A stretch of 64,000 nt of DNA. Source: Rotaria socialis (taxonomy: Eukaryota). How positions within the stretch are numbered: position 1 is the first letter of the stretch; every line of letters begins with the position of its first letter. A program made the position numbers and the translations under genes. Below, piece by piece: positions 9,008-21,808 of the stretch. Location of the stretch: the NCBI GenBank assembly GCA_905331295.1, contig CAJNYD010000157.1, positions 1 to 64,000 of the forward strand. The letters are read 5' to 3'. Under the pieces are notes generated by a model that saw only the letters and a program-made list of their open reading frames with translations, was not told the origin of the DNA and searched no databases.

Positions 9008-12000
9008 ATGTCTATGTTTTCAACTAAACCAAAGCCTTGCATTATTTTTCTCTTCATATTTTTGCTCCTGTTTATCGAAACCGATGGGTCTCATTTTAAC
9101 GGTGGCACCATCCGATGGGAACCCGTCAATCCATCTGTCAATTCGAGTTCAGTAACAATTAGTATCATACAATCTTATTCTTGGAAGTACCCAACAATCA
9201 CTTGTACCACCAATGTACCTATTTCTACAAGTGGTCGAAGCAGCACTAACGCTAATCTTACATGTATTGCTGACTGTTCGACCGATGGTGGCTATTCCAA
9301 TAATCCAACAAATATTTTAACCGATTGTGTTTCGTCAAGCGCTGGACTAGGCATGATGACAAGCAAGCGAGAAGTTAACCGAACACTGAGTGCGGATGCA
9401 CATTTCTATATAGCTTATCAGGGAAGTGCATGGGCACCACTGGGCAGTCCTGCTAAAAGTGGTCTTTATTGGTCGATATCTTGCTACATTGATCTTCGTA
9501 TGCGCCCAGATGGCATTATTAACACCCCACCGGAAGTGAACATCGTCTCACCACAATACGTTATTGTTAATACGCCCACTCAAATTCAAATACCTGTATC
9601 AGACGCCAATGTAGGTGATGATATACGTTGTCGTTGGTCTCAATACATACCCGGATCTAGAAGGAGAAGAGAAATCTATCAAAGTTTGGCTATGTACAGC
9701 GAATCAAAGACTAAAATTAATCAAAATATGATTGAAGAAAACAATAATGTTCAAGTTAGAAACAAGAGAGGCCCAGGCTGCAGTTGGTGTAATACCAAAT
9801 GTGACAAAGGCTGCTGCTGTAAAAGTACTGGGTGTACAGGAACTTCGTGTAGTGGTGGGTCTTGCAGTGTAAAACCTAGCTGTCCCATCATAACAACTCC
9901 AGCCGTAACTGAAACTCCAGGAACAATGCCAACAACGATATCTTATGCACATCGTCAAGCTATTGATGAATGCGGTAGTATTTGCTATCCAAATGGTCTT
10001 CCGAATGGCACAAATTTATCCTCGAATTGTACTCTCACATTTACAGGTCTTATACCTAACACTTGGTATGCAATATCTGTTCAAGTAAGTTAGAGAGTAC
10101 CAATACCAATATTTATTCTCATATTTGTATGTATAATTGATATGATAGAATGTTCTTGATAGATTACTTCGTATTGTCTTTGCAGAGAAGAGACTCAAAA
10201 ATAGAGAAACTCCCACTCACAGATACAGAAGACTTATATTGATTAGATCGAAAATATTGAGCACGGTATTGAGCCTTCTTGTTTAGGGGTATGACAGTTC
10301 TCAGATCTAAGCTCAGATCAAATGAGCGAAAGAACTGTTCGAGCAGATCAGTTCGGATCCTGAGAACTGTTCGGGCAGATTAGATCAGTTTTAAGAACTG
10401 TTGGGATCTACACTGGGATGATGTCTATATCGATATAGGCGTCTCTTATGGGATCTGTTCAAACAGTTCTCATGATCTGATCTGATCTACTCGAACAGTT
10501 CAGATCAGATCATGTGAACTGTCTGAACAGTTCTTTTGAACGGAGCTAGAACTGAACTGTCATACCCCTATTCTTGTTGACTTCGTTCAGTATCAAATGA
10601 GAATTGTCTTTTACCAGTATCCAGCTAAAATAAATGTTTTCAATTTTTCACAAGAAACTTCAATGTTCTGTATTTCATATGTCCCACCCTACGTTACATA
10701 ATACGGTTGTTTACTTCTGAGGTCTAGCTAGTAGTTAATTCCATAGTACACAATTGCAGAAATGCAGAAGACAGACTTTCAGTACGACTTTCAGAATCTA
10801 TTCTTCGAGTAAATAAACATAAAGTATATGTTTTCTGCAGAGTCGCTGCATCCACAAAGAACTACCCTAGCGAGGTACCTAATCTTTTAGCATAATTACC
10901 AAACGATGCTAATAAAATAATATGCAGATGCATTCGTATGCATCATGAGAACTGACATTATTACAATGAAAAATGTTAGAACTTCAGCAACATCATCTAT
11001 AAATTGTCATGTCTTATGCATATATTGTACATGAGTAGATGATTGTCGCTAGATATAGTTCATGCTGAACCCTGATAAATGACGAGACTGTCTTTACATT
11101 TTCATCCTAATATGTTGATTTTCAGAGTAACACGCGGTGTAAAAGAAATGGAAATAATGTCGACCTCAACCGTTCAGCCATTTTACGAACTACAAAGCTA
11201 TTTCTTTCTCTATTATAAAGAGCATGAACAACACTACAAAAACTGCATTTAACAAGCTGAATATAATCCGTCTCGCCACATAGCCCGAAGCTTCTTTCGA
11301 ACATCCTCAACCATAGCTTGCAACATTTTTTGATTAAGTTCTTTTGCCTTCTGTTTGATCCGTCGAGCTAATATATCCAAATTTTTTGCTTCCCAATTAT
11401 TTTCATATACTTTGGGTTCGAGTAAAGCCCAAACTGTTTCAATTGGACGAGCCTAAGGAACGTTTGGAGGATTACCCTGACAAGCAACGAATCGTACGTT
11501 TTTCTCTTGCAAACGTTCTTTTACAAGATCTGAATAATGAGCACTCGCCAAATCGGACCAAAAGAGATAATTTCCCGTATGATGATACTTTTCGATAAAA
11601 GGAAGTAGTCTTTTGTTAATACACTCTTTCAGATAGGTGGTTTGCAGAACAGCTTGCTCACTTCTGTGGATGTACACATCAGAAACCCCTCTCGAGGACA
11701 TAGCCATCCAAATCATTTATTTTGGTTGAAATTTTTTTCTCTTTTGTAATTTAATGTTTGGAGGACTCGTAGCTGGATTAGTTGAATAAAAAAGAAGCAT
11801 TCCCATCAACATTGTTGCCGCTTAATTTGAACTATTTTTTATCATCCAAAATTACATCACAACCACTTAACAATTTGCGATACATTTTTCCACAATTTTT
11901 TCTTGCTCGATTTTCTTGATCTTCGCTGTTTATTTTCGGAGCTTTTCGACGCTTTCCAATAACGACCGATGTTCTTTTTCTCAAGGTACGTGAAATAGTT

Positions 12001-15000
12001 GAATAGCGTGCCCTAAACCGTCGTCCTAATTTTCTTTCACTCAAACCACACCGATTATTCACAGATTTAACAAGACCATCCAATTGTTTATCAGAAATCT
12101 TGTGGGCTCGACCACTTTTTGGCAGATATTTCGTGGTTTCATGTTGACGATACCTCCGTAATACATTATAAATCGCTGTTTGCGGAATATTTTGTTTTTT
12201 GAAATAATTTACCGTACTTTTTACAGAATTATTTGAAGAGTAAATATAGAAGTTGCAAATACGTTGCGATAGAGATTCTCTTTCGTCACGTGTCTATTTC
12301 TGAATGAATGGGCAGTAACGGCGAGTTATATCTCGTTCGAAAGAGAACTGCACGAGCTATCAGCTGATAACCAAATTTTCCTTCTACCACCTGTCCGTCC
12401 AGCCGAAATTCAGTTCGACATTATTTCCATTTCTTTTGCACCGCATGTTATATGAGCCAGTCCACGTAAGCCACGACCGATTCCTTGCGACAATGTTCAA
12501 ACGATACTCTCCGATTCGTCTTATTTTAATATATATGATAGAGGCAAGTGTTTAATCAATATTCACGCAAGTCGATCCGAAAAACATTGAACCGTTCACG
12601 TTTTATGGCATTTTTACAAAGAGTGCCATAAAACTCACTGTGACGGGAGGCCATTTTCGGTACCGTATATCACAAAAAGACATGAATAATTTGAACTGAA
12701 AACTTTGGTACACCAACAACCAACTAAGTTCTACATATAAAAAAATTTCAGCACCAACAATTGAGTCTTTGGTATTTTATGAACTTCGCCATTGCGAGAA
12801 AAAATTCTTTTTTCACCAATTTTGGCAGCTCATATCTCCCGATTGAGAAATGATAGAGATCTGAAAATTCTCACATGAGCACATCTCAAGTCTATCTAAT
12901 CATCATATAAATTCGAGCTCTCTAGAGCAGAGCGTTCGCGCGGGATATCTGGAGTGCAAATCAATTTTTCGCTCAAAGTCGATTTTGAGCCTCGATTTTC
13001 TCCCAAAATATACACTCACGGTTTAATGCATCAACGCAGTGTTAAAGACCATACTCCAGTGTACAACTTGGTAAGAAAAGAAACCTGGGACGTCCATGGG
13101 TTGCTTCAAAACCAGTCGATCTTTTTCGAAAAAGTGAATTTTCCCAATGTTTAAGTTCACGTCTCTTTTTTCCAAGAACGTCGTGAAAGGTTCATCAGAA
13201 ATAGTTAACACTTTCAGGGAGGACATAGCTAACATAATTGAATAAAATTTCTGCCACATTCACGTTCATTCTATAATTCTTCCCCTATGGAATACTCGAA
13301 TCTGTTTGGCAGAAAATGCTTCAAAATATAAAGGAATCGGCTCCCAATCAGTTGATTCATATCCAGTTCGAATTCTCTTAAAATTCTGTAGCAACCTACA
13401 GCAAAACTATGCAAAATTGAAAAAAAATTATCAAGAAGTATGTGGGAATTAAAGTATTAAAAAAAACAATATCGGAAACCCTGGAGTGAGGTACACGGCT
13501 ATTTGAAAATTTATTTTTTTAATTTTGCATATTGTTTTGTTGTAGATTGCTAGAGAATTTCAAGAGGATTCTAACTAGATGTGAATCAACTGATTGGGAA
13601 GCGATTCCTTTATATTTTGAAGTATTTTCAGCCAAACAGATTCATGTATTCCATAGGTGAAGAATAGGGATGTAGCAATGCCATTTGGAGATGCCTGAAG
13701 ATGGCCAATTTTCATAATGAAGATCTGCCAACACCAACCAATACTTTGTGTCACTTATAACCAACAAACTTAGCTCTACCCTATAGAAGAATAAAAAATA
13801 CCAATACCAACAGAAAATATCCCCAGTATTGGTATTTTTTATTCTTCTATCGGGTAGAGCTAAGTTTGTTGGTTATAAGTGACACAAAGTATTGGTTGGT
13901 GTTGGTAGATCTTCATTATGAAAATTGGCCATCTTTAGGCGTCTCCAAACGGTATTGTTACATCCGTAGTGAAGAGCTATAGAATAGACGTGAATGTGGC
14001 AGAAATTTTATTCAATTATGGTAGCTCTCTGCTCCCTGAAAGCGTTAACTATTTCTGATGAACCTTTCATGACGTTCTTGGAAAAAAGAGACGTGAACTT
14101 AAACATTGGGAAAATTCACTTTTTCGAAAAAGATCGACTGGTTTTGAAGCAACCCATGGACGTCCCAGGTTTCTTTTCTTACCAAGTTGTACACTGGAGT
14201 ATGGTCTTTAACACTGCGTTGATGCATTAAACCGTGAGTGTATATTTTGGGAGAAAATCGAGGCTCAAAATCGACTTTGAGCGAAAAATTGATTTGCACT
14301 CCAGATATCCCGCGCGAACGCTCTGCTCTAGAGAGCTCGAATTTATATGATGATTAGATAGACTTGAGATGTGCTCATGTGAGAATTTTCAGATCTCTAT
14401 CATTTCTCAATCGGGAGATATGAGCTGCCAAAATTGGTGAAAAAAGAATTTTTTCTCGCAATGGCGAAGTTCATAAAATACCAAAGACTCAATTGTTGGT
14501 GCTGAAATTTTTTTATATGTAGAACTTAGTTGGTTGTTGGTGTACCAAAGTTTTCAGTTCAAATTATTCATGTCTTTTTGTGATATACGGTACCGAAAAT
14601 GGCCTCCCGTCACAGTGAGTTTTATGGCACTCTTTGTAAAAATGCCATAAAACGTGAACGGTTCAATGTTTTTCGGATCGACTTGCGTGAATATTGATTA
14701 AACACTTGCCTCTATCATATATATTAAAATAAGACGAATCGGAGAGTATCGTTTGAACATTGTCGCAAGGAATCGGTCGTGGCTTACGTGGACTGGCTCA
14801 TATATAGTGTAATTTTTAATAGGTGGAAGACTTCATAAATAACACAAGTACAACTCCGATGAGCTCTGCGCCAGCTCAATTTTTAATTTATGTTTTACCA
14901 ACACCAACATGTCCAATTCCACCAGTTATAATGCCTGCAACAGATTGTTTTGAAATTTTAGCTGGTATCCCAACCGATATTCAGTTGTTAGTCGTCAATA

Positions 15001-18000
15001 ATTGCAATCCTACTGTCGCTGATATAAGTGATGTCATCATGTCAAAAACTCTGTCTGGTCTCGATATGACTGACATGGCGGCTTTACCAACAAATGATTC
15101 ACTAATCTTAGTTGAATTCAACTTTACGTCCCAGTCAAATCAAATCGGACCACAGACATTTTGTGTCATAGCGTATACAGAGTAAGTTATATTTTGTTGA
15201 TTAATCATCAATCTAATCATTATAGGTTTCATCTATTTTTTAGGGAACAAGTTCAGTCTGCTGAGTATTGTGTTACACTGAATGTAGTTATTTCATCTCC
15301 AAACTGTACAACAACCACAACAACGACAACGGAGACTACAGCAACCAGCACAACTTCGACCACATCGAAGACCACCACAACAACAACGAGCACAACAACA
15401 TCAACGAGTACGACAACCACAAGCACAACAAGCACAACAACTACAACAACTACAACAACTACAAGCACGACTACTACAACGACCACGACGACAACAACAA
15501 CCACAACTACAACAACCACAACTACAACGACGACAACAACCACAACTACAACGACGACAACAACCACAACTACCACGACGACAACAACCACAACTACAAC
15601 GACGACAACAACTACAACAACAACTGCGTAAGTCTCGTTGAAATTTCTCTTTTTAGAATAGAATGAGAGTTTTTCATCTAAATGCTTCATGCATACTATA
15701 TATGAACATTAGTTGAATATTTACTGAGTATGCAATGGCATATACAGTTTGCTACGTAGCCATTGACTAATCATTTTTCTTAAGCATGGTCAGTAGTCAA
15801 TGATTTTGGGAAATTCCCTAGCCGCTTTATTACTAAGGCCCTTCTTATTATGACCTTCTAGTAATTCCAAGAGCACTATGGAAGCGCTCAACTAAATTTT
15901 CAATGCGTAACTGAGATTGATGTGAACAACTGTGAGGAAGTGCTTATGGTCGTAAAAAGGCGTTACGAGAAAATTTTTAGTTTGATATCGAGCGATGTGA
16001 ATAATACCGTGACGAAAATATGACCTGTGGAATTATTCAAATATCTTTCATAAGGTATGATATAGTGGAAATCTATGTCACTCTGCCAATTCCCCTATCT
16101 GCCAATTGGCAGTATGTTACAGGCATCTCTGCCAAGTGGCAAAAAATTGCTCATGGGAACCTACGGATTACTTAAGTTAATATTATTTCTATATATAAAT
16201 GATGTCCCTCGGCTATAAAGGGAAATATGGAGTATGGGTGTGGGGTGTTGCTATGTCTAAAGTTTTTTTTTCTATTTACCGACACCCACAGATCCACGCC
16301 ATCGAGATATTTCTTTAAGTTAATTTAGAAATTCGAGTTTATAGTTTCATAGCCATTTCTGCCAATTGGCAGAAAATCGTGAGACACGCCGCCAATTACA
16401 ACACACTTTTTGTCAATTGACAGAAATTTTGTGGCGCTCTGTTAATTTTTGAATTGGCATAAAGGATTTATATCATATAGTGGCACAGTTCTGTCACGGA
16501 CAGAATGTAAACTTACAATACCCTACCAATAAGTTTCGACTGTGCTAGAATAATGACTCAGAAGCACAGTGAAACATTAATTGTATAATATGGTAGTACA
16601 AATTTATCAAACATATGGTTCAACGTTCGCGGTAATAGAGGAATATTCATGTACTGATGACTGAAAAAAGAATAAGTACATTATTCCTAATTAGTAACGT
16701 TGTAGATCTAACAATAATATACGAAGGAAAAAGAATTCATCTTCAACGTCACCTGCTGAGTGTCTCGTTGACGGAACATATTCTAAGTTTTCATTTTTGA
16801 CATTTGAAGAATTCAGTATCTTGAAATCTATTTGTTTTCATTGTAGAACGACCCAAACAACGACAAATCCCCCAAGTGAGTATTTCAGGATATATTTCTA
16901 ACCGTCAAATAACGAACTAGTGTTCAGATATTTTTATGGATAATTGTTTATCGGATTTTTTTTCCAACAAAACCAGTTGTCAACTTGAGATTTGTCACTT
17001 GCATGATGTTGCTCTCACGTACAGCAAGAATATAGTATTATATTTTCAGATACATTTAAACTTGACCTCATCTTGCTTATCCATGATGTTCTAAATTGAA
17101 TTGATCCATTTTCGTACGACGAAAGTCAAGAAAATGACCTGTTACTAAATTAATTCGTAGCTATAGAAGGGATTGCCATCAATTGATATTCAACAAAGAG
17201 TATTAAAATTCATGAGTTAAATGCGTTTGAAACGGTATTTCATTTAATCCTACACTGTAAAAAAAATTCGTAGAATAATAAACCCAAAAAGGGTTGATGA
17301 AAGTGCAACTTATAATAAACCCTTTTTAGCGTATTTAAAACTATCATAAACCCTTTTAAATAATTTTTCTAGTGAGACAAACATCTAAAGATTATTTTTA
17401 AAAAAAGTACTTTAGATGTTGCACAATCATTATTTTGCTATTATTCCAATTCAGTTTGCGTTTCAGCTCATATACTTTCATAGATTTATAATTAATTAAG
17501 TGATGTACTTACTGTTGTCACCTGGGTTCGAACATATGACATAATCCATGATTGTCTAACTTGTTATCCATTCGATCAGATTCGCGCTCAAGTTGCATAG
17601 TATGAAATGTACTCTTAAATTAAACGATGCTCTTCTGAATAGGCGCTTCCTACTTTGATGAAGAAATCGGAATAATAGATTTCTGTACCGCTTATTTATT
17701 TGAAATTGAATGACATTTTTAAAATATTATTAAAGTAGACCACTTAAATTTTATAGTTCATATCACAGATATATCGATATTTAAAAGTATATTATATATT
17801 TAAAAAATTATTTAATTGATAGGAATTCCTTGAAATAAATTTTAAATAATTTTTAGAATTTTTTTTTTGAGTTTTTTTCTTTAGGAACTGAAAAATAACG
17901 GTTAAAAATGTCTAAATTTTAGAATAAAAATATTGTGAAAGATTTAGTATTCTGATTTCTTTTAGAACTCCTCAATTTTTGAAAACTTTATATTGATTGA

Positions 18001-21000
18001 TAGTACTCTTCTCGATCGAAATATGTTTGTTTTTGGAAATAGCCACCGTAGCAAAATGTTTCAAGTGATAGTGTGAGAGTGCTTTGTTGAAAAGTTAGAA
18101 TAATTAACTCTTGATCGTAGAATAATAAACGCTTTTTATGAAAGAGTAGAACAATAAACCCTTAGTTACGCAAGGCAAAACGTTTTTGTGAAAAGACACA
18201 GGTATAAATCTTTCATCGTAGAATAAAAAACCCTTTCCATAAAAATTACAACCATAAACCCATAACCGTAGAATAAGAAACCCTTTTTATGAAGGGTATA
18301 TTGATGAACCTTTCTTTTTCTCCGCATAAACCCTTTTTTCATTAAAAATGCCCTTTTTCACCTAAACCCTTTAAGGGCTTAGGATAATTTTCCGAAAGTG
18401 CTAGGGTTCCTTATTCTACGAGTTTCTTTTACAGTGCAGCATGTTTTGCTTTTGGGCTTAAGTAAAAAGCGATCGCCTTGATCGTATTTAAATATATTTC
18501 AATGTATTATTACTATAACTGTTCAGGAATGCAGCAGCTGTACTTACTATCTTAGTGATGGCGGATTAGCCAGGCTATGATGCATATAAACTGTATGACT
18601 TTAGAAAACTTCAGCTTAGCAAAATAGGCAGACTCAAACCCCACAGAGCTGCACGAATACTTACTAATAGAGTGGCTTCATAGAAATAATCCTAACCGAA
18701 CAGCATATTGAAGCTATCAATCTTGGGCGCAGGTTAGACGTGGATGAGCAATATTATGACGTAAACATTTCTGACATATTATGACTTTCGTGGAATATCA
18801 CAAGACAAGAAATAGTATCTGCGTAAAGTTTGCGTCGAAATAGTTATATCTTGGATAATTGAAGCTAATTGAAAACGTGATTTTGAAATGACTTTTATGC
18901 AACTGCCTAGAGAGTAATGAAGCATACTTTTTTGTCACAGGACAGGGGCGTAAAAGATACCCTATCGGTCCATTTCGATTTTTTTCAACTGAACATAGTT
19001 AAATTATAAATGAAATGAAGGCTGCCGTCGAGACAAGCATTTTGATATTAGATCCGCCACGAAAAAACTGAATTTCAAAAAAGTTATGAACACTAACAAA
19101 AGTTGAGTATTTGACTGTTTCTCTTGAAAAGAGTCGCATTTTCGACATAAATATATCACAATAGAACTGTTCTCATATTGGCCACTCGGTAGACATTTTT
19201 ACATGCTACAAGAGAGGATGATTACGGAAGTCATAAAACATTGACCACTTAAAGATAGCTTCGGCATTTACTTATTTCCTACTCTCTATTGGAATATAAC
19301 TTGAAAGACTATACTTGTTGTACAAAATGATGTTATATTCAGAATCAGCATCAAACATTGAGTAGGTTTAACTGCATTCCAAATCTTTTCGGTAATTAAA
19401 TATTTTTGGAAAAAATCCCTGTAATCCTCCTCAAGGTTGCGTAAAAAAAATAATTTAACCAGAATCACTTCGTTTTCCTTTTAGATTCTATTATTTCGAG
19501 TTCTGATATCATTTTATAAATTTAGAACTTCATTACTAGGGTCGAAATCGTGTTTTAATGAAATTAATATTTTCACTCAACCTTGAGGAGGACTACAGGG
19601 AATTTTTTCCAAAAACATTCAATTACCGAAAAGATTTGGAATACAGTTAAACCTACTCAATGTTTGATGCTGATTCTGAATATAACATCCTTTTGTACAA
19701 CAAGTATCGTCTTTCAAGCTATAGTCCAATAGAGAGTAGGAAGAAACGACAAAATCAGCGGTCAAATAAGTAAATGCCGAGGCTACCTCTAAGTGTTCAG
19801 TGTTTTTTGGCTTTCGTAATCATCCTCTTTTGTAGCGCGTAAAAATGTCTATCAAATATTATACATGAGAAAAATGACTCATCTCGATTTTCGCCAAAAC
19901 GTTTCGTCGCAATATGAAAAAAAAACATTTTAAAAATGGATAGTTCCCTACAGTATTTGCCCTTTGATCATGAAGTGACCAATGTTTTCTTATTTTTCTA
20001 ATCATCCTATTTTGTACAGCTTAGAAATGTCTATCGAGTGGTTAATATGAGAACAGTTTTATTGTGATATAAGTGCGTCGAAAATGCGAGACGTTTTTCA
20101 AGCGAAACAGCCAAATAGTCAACTTTTGTTCGTGTTCATAACTTTTTTGAAATTCAGTTTTTTCATACAATAAATAAATATTTTTCATTAAAACAACAGA
20201 TAATACCAATTGGCCATTGATCATCGGTTTATCTTTGTTGGGATTACTTCTGGCTCTGTTATTTTCTTGCTGTTGTCTTTACAAGTTTCTTTGGTAAGAT
20301 TTTATTACTTTTTGACTAATACAGATTTCTTGAGTGAAAAAAACGCCTCAAATATAGATTTCTATTGAGGGCATGACTTTGACATAAAAAATTCCATTTT
20401 ATTACAGGAGCCCTAGTGCGCGACGCCGTCGTCATCAAATGGCCAGTGAAGAGAGTCGAAATCTCAATTATCTTCTGCGTAGTGTAAACGATATGCGAAC
20501 AAAGACACCTGATCTTACGAAACGCTTTCGAAAGAAACGATCAAACAAAGTCGACGAGTATTACACTGCCATGCATAATATAAGTAATGCTCAAAGTTCT
20601 GGGTCGAACAAGTCAATTAATGAACCGTACGTTACAATCCAGAAAACTGATTTGAATGCGAGTCATGACAATTTCACAAAAGTGAATACCTACATGAAGT
20701 CGGAAGAGACTGGTAATCCAGGTATTACAGCTCCGAGTGATCAACACCATGCGGAGCGTAACTCAGCTGATTCTCGACCTGGAGTTCGTGTTCGGCGAGT
20801 GAGCAAAATGTTAAGCGTAGAAGAAAATATCAACAATGAGAACATTGAAGCAGCGAAAACCGACCAGCAGAGAGTGAGATCGGTTTCGATGTCATCTCTG
20901 AATACTAACCCAGTCAATGTGACACGATTACGACGAAAGAGTTCCACCGGAATTGTTAATACAAAGTCATTCCAGAACCATTCTAACTTGAAAAATCATG

Positions 21001-21254
21001 CTGTTTCTGAAAATTTGAGGATTAGCGCAGATAATTTAATAAATGCTAACTCGGCAAGTATGTGCCCATTACCAAGAACGCGCGCAAACAGTGTCAAGAT
21101 TGTTAAGATGAAGAAATCATTAGGTAAAGTGCAGCCAGTCAATAATGATCCAAGTCTGAATTTGTTACCGACGGACAATCCAATTCGTTCGTCCAACGGA
21201 GTAACTATAACCAAAGTTTCACGGGTCAAAACTACTGCGACAACAGACACATAA
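9008..21254 (+). CDS. Single-pass cell-surface protein: signal peptide, SHFxGG..W Cys-containing ectodomain, Thr-rich mucin stalk, TM helix, basic disordered cytoplasmic tail. Exons 9008-10084, 14823-15181, 15244-15627, 16847-16875, 20200-20293, 20408-21254
   Basis: All six exons join in frame through GT-AG introns with matching phases: ...AISVQ|VEDF...AYTE|EQVQS...TTA|TTQTTTNPPN|NTNWPLIIGLSLLGLLLALLFSCCCLYKFLW|SPSARRRRHQMASEE. The TM segment is followed by a Cys cluster and basic stop-transfer residues. Confidence 0.8.
10284..10570. mobile_element. hAT-type MITE
   Basis: TIR TAGGGGTATGACAGTTC / GAACTGTCATACCCCTA. Perfect 8-bp TSD TTCTTGTT at 10276-10283 and 10571-10578. Internal gatct/gaactgtt repeats. 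Confidence 0.92.
11130..12448 (-). mobile_element. Tc1/mariner (ITm) DD37E-type transposon with pseudogenised transposase
   Basis: About 30-bp TIRs (ACACGCGGTGTAAAAGAAATGGAAATAATGTCGA and inverse) flanked by TA. Minus-strand fragments give an HTH region, ILDD and WSDLASAHY...NPPNVP*ARPIETVW, with 37 residues between the second D and the E. Stops and frameshifts are present. Confidence 0.88.
12454..14799. mobile_element. Non-autonomous long-TIR foldback element (Sola-like: GAG...CTC termini, 4-bp TSD)
   Basis: About 800-bp near-perfect inverted arms (12454-~13265 and ~13988-14799) starting GAGCCAGTCCACGTAAG. ATAT flanks both ends (12450-12453, 14800-14803). No transposase. The superfamily call rests on termini and TSD only. 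Confidence 0.85.
15307..15625 (+). repeat. Coding ACN trinucleotide tract (about 100 Thr/Ser codons) with a 24-bp higher-order unit in its 3' half
   Basis: acgacgacaacaaccacaactaca-like units are repeated over about 15480-15615. Confidence 0.9.
16068..16474. mobile_element. Degenerate MITE with tgccaatt/aattggca subterminal repeats
   Basis: Direct repeat atatagtg(g) at 16060 and 16475 is a candidate TSD. Weak TIRs contain tgccaattc/gaattggca. Confidence 0.45.
17253..18436. mobile_element. Second copy of the CACTG...CAGTG non-autonomous element family
   Basis: Starts CACTGTAAAAAAAATTCGTAGAATAATAAACCC and ends ...ttattctacgagtttcttttacagtg. Same cgtagaa.aa.aaaccc subterminal repeats as 5285-6941. 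Confidence 0.8.
19061..20165. repeat. Long imperfect palindrome (foldback element remnant)
   Basis: 19061-19200 is the inverse of ~20023-20165, and 19277-19440 is the inverse of ~19577-19742. Centre near 19510. Confidence 0.8.
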
Positions 21255-21808
21255 CAAATGTTCTGACGTATTCACATCATCCTAATGAAGACTAGCATGA
21301 GACTTAAGTAGTACTATGCGCATAACTCTTTTGACTTAAATTTAGAATCCCTTTTTTTTTACATATTCAACTCTAGCTAGCTAACTGATATTTTTTACTG
21401 ATTGCTTTTATCAAACGTTGTTTCTCTTTTTTAATTCTTATAAATCATTACTCATTATGTACCAGCGTGTGTAAGCAAAGTCATCATCCATTTGACGTAT
21501 GCCTCTGTAAAACCGTTTGTCCTTTCAAAAATCAGTGTATTACTTTCCACAGTGTTTGTGCGTTTTCACCAAAAGTTTTGTACCTTTGTTCGAATAAAAA
21601 CTTGCAAACTTATTCATATATCTCAAAACGAACTATTAGCTCAATGATAAGTCAAAATTGTACAGTAGTTTTCATGGAAACAAAAAATGAAACTGGTTCG
21701 AGCTTTCATCTTAATGATTATCCTACTGTTCTCGGCTTGAACAATAAATATGATATAATCTACGAGCTATTTACTACTAACATGTTTGGCAACATGCAAA
21801 TCTAGTAC

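Noticed and set aside
12954..14299. Duplicated short ORFs (66 and 78 aa) on opposite strands
   Set aside because: They are by-products of the inverted arms and have no recognisable motifs.
15253..15690. Poly-Val ORF (minus) and Asn/His/Asp-rich ORF (plus)
   Set aside because: They are alternative frames of the Thr tract; only the Thr frame splices in phase.
20439..21254. Stand-alone 271-aa gene
   Set aside because: It is better explained as the last exon of the 9008 gene, since the acceptor at 20406-20407 is in phase with the TM exon.
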